Program-made: the position numbers and the translations under genes
In this document: piece by piece, positions 46,534 to 56,093 of the stretch
Position numbering within the stretch: position 1 is the stretch's first letter
Layout: each line of letters opens with the position of its first letter
Notes under the pieces: generated by a model
Seen by the model: only the letters and a program-made list of their open reading frames with translations
Databases searched by the model: none
Told to the model about the DNA's origin: nothing
Source: Pseudomonadota bacterium
GTDB lineage: Bacteria > Bdellovibrionota_G > JALEGL01 > DATDPG01
Assembly (NCBI GenBank): GCA_043809315.1
Contig: JAZDDX010000016.1
Coordinates: 117,732 to 181,731 of the forward strand
DNA length: 64,000 bases
Direction: 5' to 3'

Positions 46534-48948
46534 TCAATACTCGTGAGCCCCGATGTCGGGCGCCGATCCCCGGACGCTCCGGAAGAAGTCCTCCGTCACC
46601 TCCGACAAGACCTCGGCGCGGTTGATCGCCGGGGAAGTCGCCAGCAGTTTGAAGTACTCGGGAAGCAGCTGACCCGGCCCTGTCGGGCCTGAAAGAGTGA
46701 GGCGGGGGTCCCCGATGATGTCGTTGGCGCCTACCCCGCTGGCGGGCGGGGTGCGGGACCAGAGGTTGTTGGAAAAATGAAGCCCCGTACCCGACTTGAT
46801 CGAGGCGATCGTCCCGGTCGCCTGAAGGATGATGTTGTTCTCGAACCGGCCGTTCGTGTGGACCCCCCCGTCGATCCGGACTGAAGTCGGATTGGACACC
46901 CCCCCGCGGGCGTTGACGAACGTGTTGTATGCCACGATGGAGTTGGCGAGCCCGCCCGGATCCCCCGGCTCCCAGGCCCAATTCTTGATGCCGTTGACGT
47001 CCCCCGCCCAATTGAAGTTATAGACTCCTCCCATCACGAGATTGTTCAACACCTTGATGTCGTGCGTGTAGTTGTCGGGGAATTTCTCGTCCATCGATCC
47101 CGATTCATCGGCGATCAGGATCCCTTCGGAAGGGTTCCCGTCGCGGAAGTAAGCGGGATCCCCCGAGTTGTAGATGAGGTTTCGCTGGATCGTGACGAAA
47201 GCGGAGTGCTCGCTGTAGAGCTGAAGGGCGAAGTTGTCGTACGAGATGTTGTCCTCGATTACGAAGCGGTCCGACCCCATGATGATGATCCCCTCCCCCC
47301 ACGTGTGGAGAACAGTGTTGCCATGGAAAAGGCTGTCGGTGCACCCCCACGACACGAGACCTCCACCCCAGTTGAGCGTGGAGGTGTCACGGTTGTAGGG
47401 CGCCCAGTTCTGGCTGGATTCGACCCGGCTGTTCCGTACGGTGTTCCGCTGGCACCGGTACATCTGGATCCCGCTGGTCCGGACGTCGTGCACCCAGACG
47501 TCATCGACCAGGTTGTCGTTGGCCGACAGATAGATCCCCGCGCCGTGCGAACGCATGACCTCGAAATTCCGGACTACGATGTGGTGGCAGGTGGCGAAAT
47601 GAATCATCGGCAGGGCGACCGTCGTGTTGCCGGTCACGGGATCGGTGCTGGTGATCGACCCCTCCGGAAGGGTGTACTCGCCGTCGAGGATCGGACGCTC
47701 CCCCGGATAACCGGCCAGCGTGATCGGTTTTTCCGCCTCCCCCGACCGGCCGAACATCACCGCCTCGTGGTAGGTCCCCCCGCGCACGTAGACCGTCTCC
47801 CCCGGCATCGCCTTGCTCAACCCCTTCTTGATCGTCCGGAACGGAGAACCGATCGTTCCCGGGTTGAGATCGTTTCCGGAAAGGCTCACGTAATAGGCGT
47901 TCGCCGAGATCGTCCCGATCGGTGTCGGCGTCGGGCTCGCGGTCGCCGTTGGAGTCGCGGTGGGAGTGGCCGTGGGTGTGGGACTCGCGACCGACCCGTT
48001 GACCGTGACGAGGAGCTGGGGAGCCAGCGAAGAACCTGCCTCTTTCGAATCGTAGTCGGCCCCGTCGCTCACCGAAGAGGAGAGTTCGAAACTGTACGTC
48101 CCGTCCCCCGTCACGACCGACTTGACGTCCATCTCGTACCATTGACCCGCCGCCACTGAACCCAACGACGCCAGACTCGCGCTGTCTGCCGCAGGAGCGT
48201 TACTCCACGTCACCCCGGTTTCCGTCCAGCTGTTCGAAGCAACCCGGCGAAGAACGCCGCCGCCCGTCGCCGAGGAGTTCACGTTGTAGATCCGAATCTT
48301 CGCGCCGGTGACGCTTCCCGTTCCGACGCCCGAGACCGTGAACTTCATCAGGAACTTCGCGAGCGGGTCCCCATCGGCTTGCAGCGTGGTATCCGTCCCG
48401 AAGTTCGTCCCGGACGATGTGCTGTCGAGGGTCGCGTCCGCGGCCGGAGAAAACACTAACGTGCCTGATTCAGGTGTCGACGTCGGGGTGGCGGTCGGCG
48501 TCGCGGTAGCCGTCAGCGGGTCGAGCGTGACGGCGGACGCCACGTTCGAGTACGACGTGAACGCCGTGACCCCCGTCTTCATGAGCCTTCCGGCCCGCAC
48601 CCGGTAGTAATACGTCGCGCGTGCGGCCAACCCCGAATTCTCATAACTCACCACGTTCCGTCCGACCCGATCGATCTCCGAGAAACCGCTCGACGCCGTC
48701 ACGCTTCGTTCGATCAAATAGGAGTCTTCCCCGGTGACGTCGTTCCAGGAGAGCGAGATCCCGATGGAAGAAACCGCGGTTGCCTTCAAGGAGATCGCTT
48801 TGGCCCGAAGGAAGATCGCTTCCGACTCGTTCATCGATTCGATCGCCGAATCGTCGGAGGAAATGTCCACGCCTCCCCCACAGGAAGCGAGCAGCAAGAG
48901 GCCGGGAAGGATGTGGAGACAGGCAAATTTTTTGTTCGCGAGGGTCAT
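46534..48948 (-). CDS. Lipoprotein A: FN3 + DNRLRE/CBM96-like module + PT linker + right-handed beta-helix (pectin-lyase-like) domain
   Basis: ATG 48948 with SD; LAS-C lipobox; TYYYRVRA; PAADATL...DSKE...PQL; YYVSLSGND..PGT...PFRTI; APDIGAHEY terminus. Confidence 0.82.
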   Translation of the reverse strand: MTLANKKFACLHILPGLLLLASCGGGVDISSDDSAIESMNESEAIFLRAKAISLKATAVSSIGISLSWNDVTGEDSYLIERSVTASSGFSEIDRVGRNVVSYENSGLAARATYYYRVRAGRLMKTGVTAFTSYSNVASAVTLDPLTATATPTATPTSTPESGTLVFSPAADATLDSTSSGTNFGTDTTLQADGDPLAKFLMKFTVSGVGTGSVTGAKIRIYNVNSSATGGGVLRRVASNSWTETGVTWSNAPAADSASLASLGSVAAGQWYEMDVKSVVTGDGTYSFELSSSVSDGADYDSKEAGSSLAPQLLVTVNGSVASPTPTATPTATPTATASPTPTPIGTISANAYYVSLSGNDLNPGTIGSPFRTIKKGLSKAMPGETVYVRGGTYHEAVMFGRSGEAEKPITLAGYPGERPILDGEYTLPEGSITSTDPVTGNTTVALPMIHFATCHHIVVRNFEVMRSHGAGIYLSANDNLVDDVWVHDVRTSGIQMYRCQRNTVRNSRVESSQNWAPYNRDTSTLNWGGGLVSWGCTDSLFHGNTVLHTWGEGIIIMGSDRFVIEDNISYDNFALQLYSEHSAFVTIQRNLIYNSGDPAYFRDGNPSEGILIADESGSMDEKFPDNYTHDIKVLNNLVMGGVYNFNWAGDVNGIKNWAWEPGDPGGLANSIVAYNTFVNARGGVSNPTSVRIDGGVHTNGRFENNIILQATGTIASIKSGTGLHFSNNLWSRTPPASGVGANDIIGDPRLTLSGPTGPGQLLPEYFKLLATSPAINRAEVLSEVTEDFFRSVRGSAPDIGAHEY

Positions 48949-49354
48949 CGGGGCTCCTTCTTCGATTCCTCCGCATAAGCCGTGCCATTCAATTTTCCTA
49001 ACCATTTCAATGGGTTGACATATCTGCGTGAGAGCGCAACCCCGCAAAGTTTTCCGAATCGCGCATCCAACTATGAAATATTTGCAAGGGAAGAAAGGTT
49101 TCGGCATACCCCCTGAAATAATTGCGGCCTCAGGGTTTCGAACGTCGGATATGTTCGTTGCTCTCAACTGCTGGGAAACAAAGAATCCTGATGCCGATCG
49201 ATCGAACCATCGTCCTCCTTATCTTAACAATGTTCCTTCCCATCGGGTGCAGTGGCTCCAATGTCGTTGCGGGGGCCGACACAAAGGCACCGGTCGTCGG
49301 AATTTCTTCGCCGATGAGCGGAGCAACTATTTGGGGAATCACGACGACCGGTGG
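47927..49354. repeat. Copy 1 of a ~1.4-kb direct duplication (N-terminal module + divergent promoter + start of divergent gene)
   Basis: Near-identical to 51216-52749 at offset 3289, with 43-bp and ~66-bp deletions in this copy. Confidence 0.95.
48973..49017 (-). promoter_or_regulatory. Sigma54 promoter with upstream IHF-like site
   Basis: TGGCACG-GCTT-ATGC (48987-48973); TTTCAATGGGTTG (49005-49017). Confidence 0.75.
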
Positions 49355-49406
49355 TTGCGTGTCGGCGGTTCGCGACTGGCCTGGAGTGGGAGTCGCACCA
49401 TCCTAG
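49191..49406 (+). pseudogene. Truncated paralogue of lipoprotein C (signal peptide + start of Ig domain)
   Basis: MPIDRTIV...IGCSGSNV...PVVGISSPMSGATIWGITT matches the 52523 gene, then diverges and stops; its sigma54 -24 box is deleted. Confidence 0.85.
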
Positions 49407-52237
49407 GGTCCAACATAAACGAACTTAAACGCATCGGCGATCACGGGGCCGTTCGCGTTGTTGGAAAGCGAGACCTGAGCTGTCCCGTCCGCAGTAAAGG
49501 TGTACGTGCCGAGCAGGTTCCACTGACCGTAGTTGATCTGTTGGTTCACGGCGAGATTCGCCGTGGCTCCCCCGGCATACTTGATCTGAACCGGAGTGTT
49601 TGTGGCTTCCGCATACTGAGAAGCGGAACTCCCCACCCAACCGTGCCACTCGTAGACCGCATACCGACCTGCAACGTTGATCGTGGGCTTGAAAACGGCC
49701 GTCTCGGAACCGTTTCCGGCAGGGGCGTGGCGACTGCGGTTGGAATATTCCGTGGAGTCGGTTGCCGTTCCCCACCCCGGATTGCTGTTCCACGTGGTGT
49801 TGTCTTTCACGAACCCGGAACTCAAAACCGCCTCGAAAGAACCCGCAGAGGTCCCCGTCTCGTGATCGTTCACGATGATGTCGGAAACCACGGTTTTCTG
49901 GGTCGTGAGAAGGATGATTCCCTCGCCGACGTTTTGCGGGCGAACGTCCCCGCCTTCGGTGATCGCACTTGTGCTGGTTAGGATCACCTGGTCGAATGCC
50001 GCGCCGTTGTTCCAGACGGGATCTTGGTTCCCCTGGAACCGGTAATAAGACCCCGCGTTACCGGGGAGACCACCCAGCATCTCTTTTGTCACTGTGACCG
50101 TGGTGTTGGTGGGGTTGACGATCGAAACCCCGTTGTCGAAGAGCCGCACTCTTGCACCGTTGCTCAAGACCTGTGCAGGGCCCTTCGGTTGTCCGAGCTT
50201 CACATCGAACTCGTCGTAATAATCGGGTCCCCTGTGGAAGCCGGCGCCAAGCCCTCCCCCCGTGAAGTAATAGACATCGTTGAGCAGGGCGATCCCCAAC
50301 GTCCAGCGAACGAATCGGAAATAGTCTTGAAGCCGTTTCGGAGCGTTGGAAGTGTCGTAGTATTTCCCGAAGTAGTGCGGATGGGCCGTAATAAAATTGA
50401 TCTTCGGCAGAGGGCCCGTGCTCTCCAATTGGTTGATGAATCCAGGCCACGGTGCAAAGGTCTCCGGGGAATTGAAGAACATCCCCTCCCACATCATCCC
50501 ATTCAGGTACGAAATGCTCATGAGGCCATCGCCCGGACCACCGGGATTCAAGACGAGCAGCTTTGCATCCCGGCTTCCAAACTTCTGCTGATAAAGCTGC
50601 CGGATCTTGTCGGTCAGATAATCGTAGCCCTCCCACCACTTCTGCTTGACCCAGGAATCTCCATGCGTCGTACGGTCGTTTTGTCCATCCCCATCCAAGT
50701 CGATGTCACTTGCTTGCCAAGGAAAAACCCACGAACCATCGCTGCTGATGCCGTCGAAAATGGCCCAATCGGTTGTCTCCAGCAGGGTTCTGGCCAGGGC
50801 ATCGACGTACCGCTCATTGTAAACGGGGTAACCGTTGACCGTTCCCGTATACGTTTTGGAACTTAATTGGATCGTGGGATTGACTAAGTACAATTCACCA
50901 TACTTGAGGTAAGTGCCGGAGCTGCTCTTCAATCTCCAAGCGGGGGGAATATCTTCGCAAGGCCCAGGCCAACACCCCTTAAACATTCCCCCGGCGTTCC
51001 AATCCAACGTTGCCAAAAAATATGAATTGGGATTTTTAGCTTTTGCTTTTCTCAAAACATCAGCGTTCCCAGTAAGCTCATTGTTCACTTTCGTCGGAGG
51101 GACCACAACGAGATCAAACTTGCTGAACCAATCCGGATTTCCGCCGCCCCACTGAAAAGCCATGATCCGGGGGAAATCGTGTCCGTGGGCGTTGGGATTG
51201 ATGGGAGTCGAGGTGGGCGTCGGACTCGCGGTCGCCGTCGGAGTCGCGGTGGGGGTGGCCGTGGGTGTAGGACTCGCGACCGACCCGTTGACCGTGACGA
51301 CGAGCTGGGGAGCCAGCGAAGAACCTGCCTCTTTCGAATCGTAGTCGGCCCCGTCGCTCACCGAAGAGGAGAGTTCGAAGCTGTACGTCCCGTCCCCCGT
51401 CACGACCGACTTGACGTCCATCTCGTACCATTGGCCCGCCGCCACTGAACCCAACGACGCCAGACTCGCGCTGTCTGCCGCAGGAGCGTTACTCCACGTC
51501 ACCCCGGTTTCCGTCCAGCTGTTCGAAGCAACCCGGCGGAGAACGCCGCCGCCCGTCGCCGAGGAGTTCACGTTGTAGATCCGAATCTTCGCACCGGTGA
51601 CAGATCCCGTTCCGACGCCGGAGATCGCGAACTTCATCAGAAACTTCGCGAGCGGGTCCCCGTCGGCTTGCAGGGTGGTATCCGTTCCGAAGTTCGTCCC
51701 GGACGATGCGCTGTCGAGGGTCGCGTCCGCGACCGGGATGAATACCAGCGTGCCCGACACGGGCGTTGACGTCGGGGTGGCGGTCGGCGTCGCGGTAGCC
51801 GTCAGCGGGTCGAGCGTGGTGGCGGACGCCACGTTCGAGTACGACGTGAACGCCGTGACCCCCGTCTTCATGAGCCTTCCGGCCCGCACCCGGTAGTAAT
51901 ACGTCGTGCGCGCGGTCAACCCCGAATCCTCATAACTCACCACGTTCCGTCCGACCCGATCGATCTCCGAGAAACCGCTCGACGCCGTCACGCTTCGTTC
52001 GATCAAATAGGAGTCTTCCCCGGTGACGTCGTTCCAGGAGAGCGAGATTCCGACGGAAGAAACCGCGGTTGCCTTCAAGGAGATCGCTTTGGCCCGAAGG
52101 AAGATCGTTTCTGACTCGTTCATCGATTCGATCGCCGAATCGTCGGAGGAAATGCCCAGGCCTCCCCCACAGGAAGCGACCAAAAACAAACCGAGAAGAA
52201 GCGGGAGACGGGTGCATTTCGTATTCGCGAGGGTCAT
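49403..52237 (-). CDS. Lipoprotein B: same FN3 + DNRLRE/CBM96-like module, putative glycoside-hydrolase-like domain, golvesin/xanthan-lyase C-terminal CBD-like domain
   Basis: VAS-C lipobox; FDGISSDG, NGMMWE, RWTLGIALL.D.Y, YYDEFDVKLGQP, GRYAVYEW...QQINYGQWNLLGTY...VIADAFKF. Confidence 0.8.
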   Translation of the reverse strand: MTLANTKCTRLPLLLGLFLVASCGGGLGISSDDSAIESMNESETIFLRAKAISLKATAVSSVGISLSWNDVTGEDSYLIERSVTASSGFSEIDRVGRNVVSYEDSGLTARTTYYYRVRAGRLMKTGVTAFTSYSNVASATTLDPLTATATPTATPTSTPVSGTLVFIPVADATLDSASSGTNFGTDTTLQADGDPLAKFLMKFAISGVGTGSVTGAKIRIYNVNSSATGGGVLRRVASNSWTETGVTWSNAPAADSASLASLGSVAAGQWYEMDVKSVVTGDGTYSFELSSSVSDGADYDSKEAGSSLAPQLVVTVNGSVASPTPTATPTATPTATASPTPTSTPINPNAHGHDFPRIMAFQWGGGNPDWFSKFDLVVVPPTKVNNELTGNADVLRKAKAKNPNSYFLATLDWNAGGMFKGCWPGPCEDIPPAWRLKSSSGTYLKYGELYLVNPTIQLSSKTYTGTVNGYPVYNERYVDALARTLLETTDWAIFDGISSDGSWVFPWQASDIDLDGDGQNDRTTHGDSWVKQKWWEGYDYLTDKIRQLYQQKFGSRDAKLLVLNPGGPGDGLMSISYLNGMMWEGMFFNSPETFAPWPGFINQLESTGPLPKINFITAHPHYFGKYYDTSNAPKRLQDYFRFVRWTLGIALLNDVYYFTGGGLGAGFHRGPDYYDEFDVKLGQPKGPAQVLSNGARVRLFDNGVSIVNPTNTTVTVTKEMLGGLPGNAGSYYRFQGNQDPVWNNGAAFDQVILTSTSAITEGGDVRPQNVGEGIILLTTQKTVVSDIIVNDHETGTSAGSFEAVLSSGFVKDNTTWNSNPGWGTATDSTEYSNRSRHAPAGNGSETAVFKPTINVAGRYAVYEWHGWVGSSASQYAEATNTPVQIKYAGGATANLAVNQQINYGQWNLLGTYTFTADGTAQVSLSNNANGPVIADAFKFVYVGP

Positions 52238-52261
52238 CGGGGCTCCTTCCTCGATTCCTCC

Positions 52262-52306
52262 GCATAAGCCATGCCATATAAAATTCTTAACCATTTCAAT
52301 GGGTTG
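52262..52306 (-). promoter_or_regulatory. Sigma54 promoter with IHF-like site
   Basis: TGGCATG-GCTT-ATGC; TTTCAATGGGTTG (52294-52306). Confidence 0.75.
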
Positions 52307-52478
52307 ACATTTCTGCGTGAGAGCACAACTCCGCAAAGTTTTCCGACTCGGGCATCCAACTATGAAAAACCTGCAAGGGAAGAAAGGTTTCGGCATACCC
52401 CCTGAAAGAATTGCGGCCTCAGGGTTTCGAACGTCGGATATGTCCATTTTCATTCAGTAGGTTAGAGAATCGGGACGT

Positions 52479-52494
52479 TGGCATATCCGTTGCT
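52479..52494 (+). promoter_or_regulatory. Sigma54 promoter of lipoprotein C
   Basis: TGGCATA-TCCG-TTGCT. Confidence 0.75.
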
Positions 52495-52522
52495 TTCAAC
52501 TGCTGGGGAACAAAGAATCCTG

Positions 52523-54751
52523 ATGCCGGTCGATCGAACCATTGTCCCTCTTCTCCTAGCAACCCTTCAGATCGGGTGCAGCGGCTCCAATGTCGCTCAG
52601 GGAGCCCACACACAATCGCCGGTCGTCGGGATTTCTTCGCCGATGAGCGGAGCGACCGTTTGGGGGGTCACGACGATCACCGCCGCCGCGACCGACGACG
52701 TCGGCGTCGCGAGCGTCGCGATCCAAGTCGACGGCACGACGGCCGGTGGGGAGCTGAGCGCCTCTCCGTACAGCGTGTCGTGGGACACCTCCACCGTCGC
52801 CAACGGATCGCACACGATCACTGCAACCGCGAAGGACGCTGCAGAAAACACGACGACAAGTGATGGCGTCACCGTGACCGTTTCGAACGGTGCAGTGGTC
52901 GGATCGAAGATTATCAATCACCCGTACCCGCGAATTGGATTGCTGCAATGGGGGGGCGGGAACGTCGACTGGTTCTGCCGGTACAACCTCGTGATGGTTC
53001 CGATGACCGAGACATACAAGGCACGCGAGATGCAGACCCGCTGCCCGAACACGTACATTTTGGTCACGTTCGATTGGGACCAGGGGGGGGTCTTCCAACC
53101 TCCGGGACACGCCAACGTCCTTCCGAACCCGTGGTTCGAGAAGGTCTACTACGACCACAGCATCCCTTCCCGCGGCGACGACTCGTACTGGGGGATCATG
53201 AACTTCACGCACCACTGCCCCGCCTACCACGGCGACATCACGAGCGCCGCGTACGCCGATTTCGAGATTCCGACGACGATTCACATTGAGAACAAGACCT
53301 ATTCGGAAGCGGTATCCGATGCTTTCATGGATTACATCGACTGGACCGCCTGGGACGGCGTGAACAGCGACGGCACCTGGGTCTTCCCCTACAACAGCCC
53401 CGACCTCGATCTCGACTTGGACGGGGTTTACGACTTCACGCAACACGGTTGCGCGAGCAACCCCTGCACGTCCAGCAGCACCGGCTTCGAGGCGGCCTAC
53501 CTGGCCATTCAGCAGGACTGGGTCGCCGGGTACGAAGCGCTGTTCCAGATGGTCCGCGACAAGATGCAAGCGAAGCTCGGAAAACAGAAGTTGATCACGT
53601 ACTGGAACATCAGCGCCGGGGACGCCGCGCACGGCGCCCTGATGGGGGCCAATATCGTCAACGGCGCCGGCTGGGAGATGGCGTCGTACCTGCCGAACAC
53701 GTGGACCAGCTTCATCCCGAACAATGCCGGGTTCGCCAGCCGCGGACCGCAGCCGAAGATCAACTGGGTCAACAGCACGATGATGGGGGATCGCTCGAAC
53801 GCCCCCGATCCGACGAAACCGAAGAACTACTTCCGATTCATGCGGTACATGCTCACGCAGACGCTCCGAGGGGATAACTACTTCATGCAGGAGGACGGGT
53901 CGGCGTTCCCGGAGGGGGGACGCAATGAGCACATGTTCCACAGTTACTACGACGAATTCGACGTGAAGCTCGGGTATCCGACCGGCGCGGCTCAGTCACT
54001 ACCCAGTGGAGTTTGGGTCCGGTTTTTCGACAACGGCGTCTCGATCACGAACCCGACGGCTTCGGCGAAGAGCGCGAGCGACGCCGATCTTCAAACTCTC
54101 ACGGGGTACAACGGCCCGTATTACCGATTCGTCGGGAACCAGGACAACACCGTCAACAACGGGGCTGCGTTCGGATCGGTTACCTTGACGTCGAGCGCTT
54201 CCGGGGGAAGCGTGAACCCGGTGGGGGATGGGATCCTTCTCGTCCGGACATCGAACACGGTCGTCGTCTCCGACATCATCGTCGACAATGTTTACGCCGG
54301 AACCTCCCCCGGTTCGGAGCCGGCCGTGATGACCAGTTTCTCGTGGGATGAGAACGCAAGCGGAAACTACCGGCACCCGTCCTATTACGTCGGGAGCCGG
54401 ACCGACAACTCGGCGATCATGCACAAACAGCACACCGCCGCCGCGGGGAGCGGCTCGGCGACGGCGGTTTTCGCGCCGACGATCCACGTCCCGGGACAGT
54501 ACCGCGTCTACGAGTGGCATGGCTGGTACGGGGCGAACTCCTCGGCGACCGAGGGGACGAACGTCCCGGCGGCCATCGTCCACACCGGCGGGACAGCAAA
54601 CGTGACGATCAACCAGCGCGAGAACTTCGGACAGTGGAACTTCGTCGGGATGTACGCCCTCGACCCAACGCACGCTTCGGTGACGATCACGAACAATGCG
54701 AACGGCCGCGTGATCGCCGACGCGTTCAAGTTTGTCTACGTCGGACCGTAG
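52523..54751 (+). CDS. Lipoprotein C: bacterial Ig-like domain + glycoside-hydrolase-like domain + golvesin-like C-terminal domain (paralogue of B)
   Basis: IG-C lipobox-like; ATDDVGV..V...VDG, WDT..VANGSHTITATAKDAA; WDGVNSDG, YYDEFDVKLG, ends ADAFKFVYVGP like B. Confidence 0.8.
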   Translation: MPVDRTIVPLLLATLQIGCSGSNVAQGAHTQSPVVGISSPMSGATVWGVTTITAAATDDVGVASVAIQVDGTTAGGELSASPYSVSWDTSTVANGSHTITATAKDAAENTTTSDGVTVTVSNGAVVGSKIINHPYPRIGLLQWGGGNVDWFCRYNLVMVPMTETYKAREMQTRCPNTYILVTFDWDQGGVFQPPGHANVLPNPWFEKVYYDHSIPSRGDDSYWGIMNFTHHCPAYHGDITSAAYADFEIPTTIHIENKTYSEAVSDAFMDYIDWTAWDGVNSDGTWVFPYNSPDLDLDLDGVYDFTQHGCASNPCTSSSTGFEAAYLAIQQDWVAGYEALFQMVRDKMQAKLGKQKLITYWNISAGDAAHGALMGANIVNGAGWEMASYLPNTWTSFIPNNAGFASRGPQPKINWVNSTMMGDRSNAPDPTKPKNYFRFMRYMLTQTLRGDNYFMQEDGSAFPEGGRNEHMFHSYYDEFDVKLGYPTGAAQSLPSGVWVRFFDNGVSITNPTASAKSASDADLQTLTGYNGPYYRFVGNQDNTVNNGAAFGSVTLTSSASGGSVNPVGDGILLVRTSNTVVVSDIIVDNVYAGTSPGSEPAVMTSFSWDENASGNYRHPSYYVGSRTDNSAIMHKQHTAAAGSGSATAVFAPTIHVPGQYRVYEWHGWYGANSSATEGTNVPAAIVHTGGTANVTINQRENFGQWNFVGMYALDPTHASVTITNNANGRVIADAFKFVYVGP

Positions 54752-54782
54752 ACGAATTCCCGGACTGTGAGTTTTCCGATTC

Positions 54783-56093
54783 TTGCGATACATTCCCTCT
54801 GTGACTCGGAAACGACTTCACCTCCTTCTCGTGACAGCCGGCATTGCGGGGGGCGTTCTTCTCTGCTGCCTCGCCAGATACGTCGCTTATCCCTCCGTCT
54901 GCTCCCCGAGACTCCCGGCCAAGAGCAGCTTCGGCACCTCCCCCATCCTGGATGAACCGAGGATCGATCCGAGTTTTCTCCTGGTGCCCGTCATGGATGG
55001 ACGGGTCGTCTATCTGTTGGACCTCTACGGGAGGTCGCTGCACGCCTGGCAAACGGAACTCCCCGTCTTTTATGCCGTGCTCCTGCCCAACGGAAATCTG
55101 CTGGTCGAATTGATTACCGCGTACGACAAGAAGGAGGATGCGTTGGGAGGAAGAACCGGACTCCTGCAGGAACTGACCTGGGATGGCCGTGTGGTCTGGC
55201 AGTACAGGGATCCCAAGCTGCACCACGACATCGACCCCCTTCCGGGCGGACGGGTCGCGGTCCTCCGCTGGGTCAAGGTGCCGTCCGGCATCGCTCGGAA
55301 GATCCGCGGCGGTGTCCCGGGATCGGAACGGGAGGGGGTGATCTGGACGGACCAGATCGCTGAGATCGATCGTGCCGGGAACACCGTCTGGAGTTGGGAC
55401 GCCTACCGACACCTGGATCCGACGCGGGACCAACTCGGCCCGCTGGACCGGCGTCGCGAGTGGACGCACGCCAACTCCATTCAGTACGTTCCGGATCTCG
55501 GCGTTGTTTCCGAACCTTCCCGCAACTTGCGCGGAAAAGACGGATACCTGATCAGCTTTCGCGAAATCAGCACGGTCGCCCTTCTTCGAAGGGACACGGG
55601 AGAGATCGTCTGGCGATCTCCCGAACAACTCTTCGCTCACCAGCACGACGCATCGGTCCTGCCGAACGGGAACATTCTCGTTTTCGACAACGGCTTGCAC
55701 CGCACGCCCGGTCGGGCCCCCTGGTATGGCAGTGCGATCGTGGTGATCGATCCACGATCGAACGCCGTCGTCTGGAAATACAACAGCCACAAAGACTCCT
55801 TCTACGGCGCGCAGCTTTACGCCAGCGTGGTTTCCGGCGCACAACTTCTCGCGAACGGGAATACGCTGATCGCAATCGGCCTGTCCGGTCACTTTCTGGA
55901 AGTGACCCCCGATCGAAAAGTCGTTTGGGATCTGCTCAACCCGTACGGTTCGGCTCCAAACGCTCCCTGGCCGAGAGGGGGCGTTTTCAAGGCGCGCCGA
56001 TATGCCCCTTGGGAGATCGCTTGGCCGGAGAGGATTGGAGATCCACTTCCCTGGTTCGCGAAATGGTGTCGCCGACTCGGAGATTCGAACTAG
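54783..56093 (+). CDS. Arylsulfotransferase (ASST) family protein
   Basis: N-terminal anchor; HHD, HANSI, HQHDA, FDNG, SGAQLLANGNTLI. Confidence 0.8.
   Translation: MRYIPSVTRKRLHLLLVTAGIAGGVLLCCLARYVAYPSVCSPRLPAKSSFGTSPILDEPRIDPSFLLVPVMDGRVVYLLDLYGRSLHAWQTELPVFYAVLLPNGNLLVELITAYDKKEDALGGRTGLLQELTWDGRVVWQYRDPKLHHDIDPLPGGRVAVLRWVKVPSGIARKIRGGVPGSEREGVIWTDQIAEIDRAGNTVWSWDAYRHLDPTRDQLGPLDRRREWTHANSIQYVPDLGVVSEPSRNLRGKDGYLISFREISTVALLRRDTGEIVWRSPEQLFAHQHDASVLPNGNILVFDNGLHRTPGRAPWYGSAIVVIDPRSNAVVWKYNSHKDSFYGAQLYASVVSGAQLLANGNTLIAIGLSGHFLEVTPDRKVVWDLLNPYGSAPNAPWPRGGVFKARRYAPWEIAWPERIGDPLPWFAKWCRRLGDSN

Larger units (their letters stand above)
51216..52749. repeat. Copy 2 of the direct duplication
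   Basis: See 47927-49354. Confidence 0.95.

Noticed and set aside
47921-47990. Short GTCG/GTGG repeats as a DNA repeat array
   Set aside because: They encode Pro-Thr-Ala linkers.
48949-49167. Long N-terminal extensions of lipoproteins A and B (also 52238-52453)
   Set aside because: They run through the sigma54 promoter and IHF site; SD and lipobox spacing support the MTLAN starts.
49355-49400. tRNA-like strings GTGTCGGCGGTTCG and GTCGCACCA as an att remnant
   Set aside because: They do not form a T-arm/acceptor with correct spacing and do not match the tRNA-His 3' end; more likely a small hairpin (GCGACT...AGTCGC) or chance.
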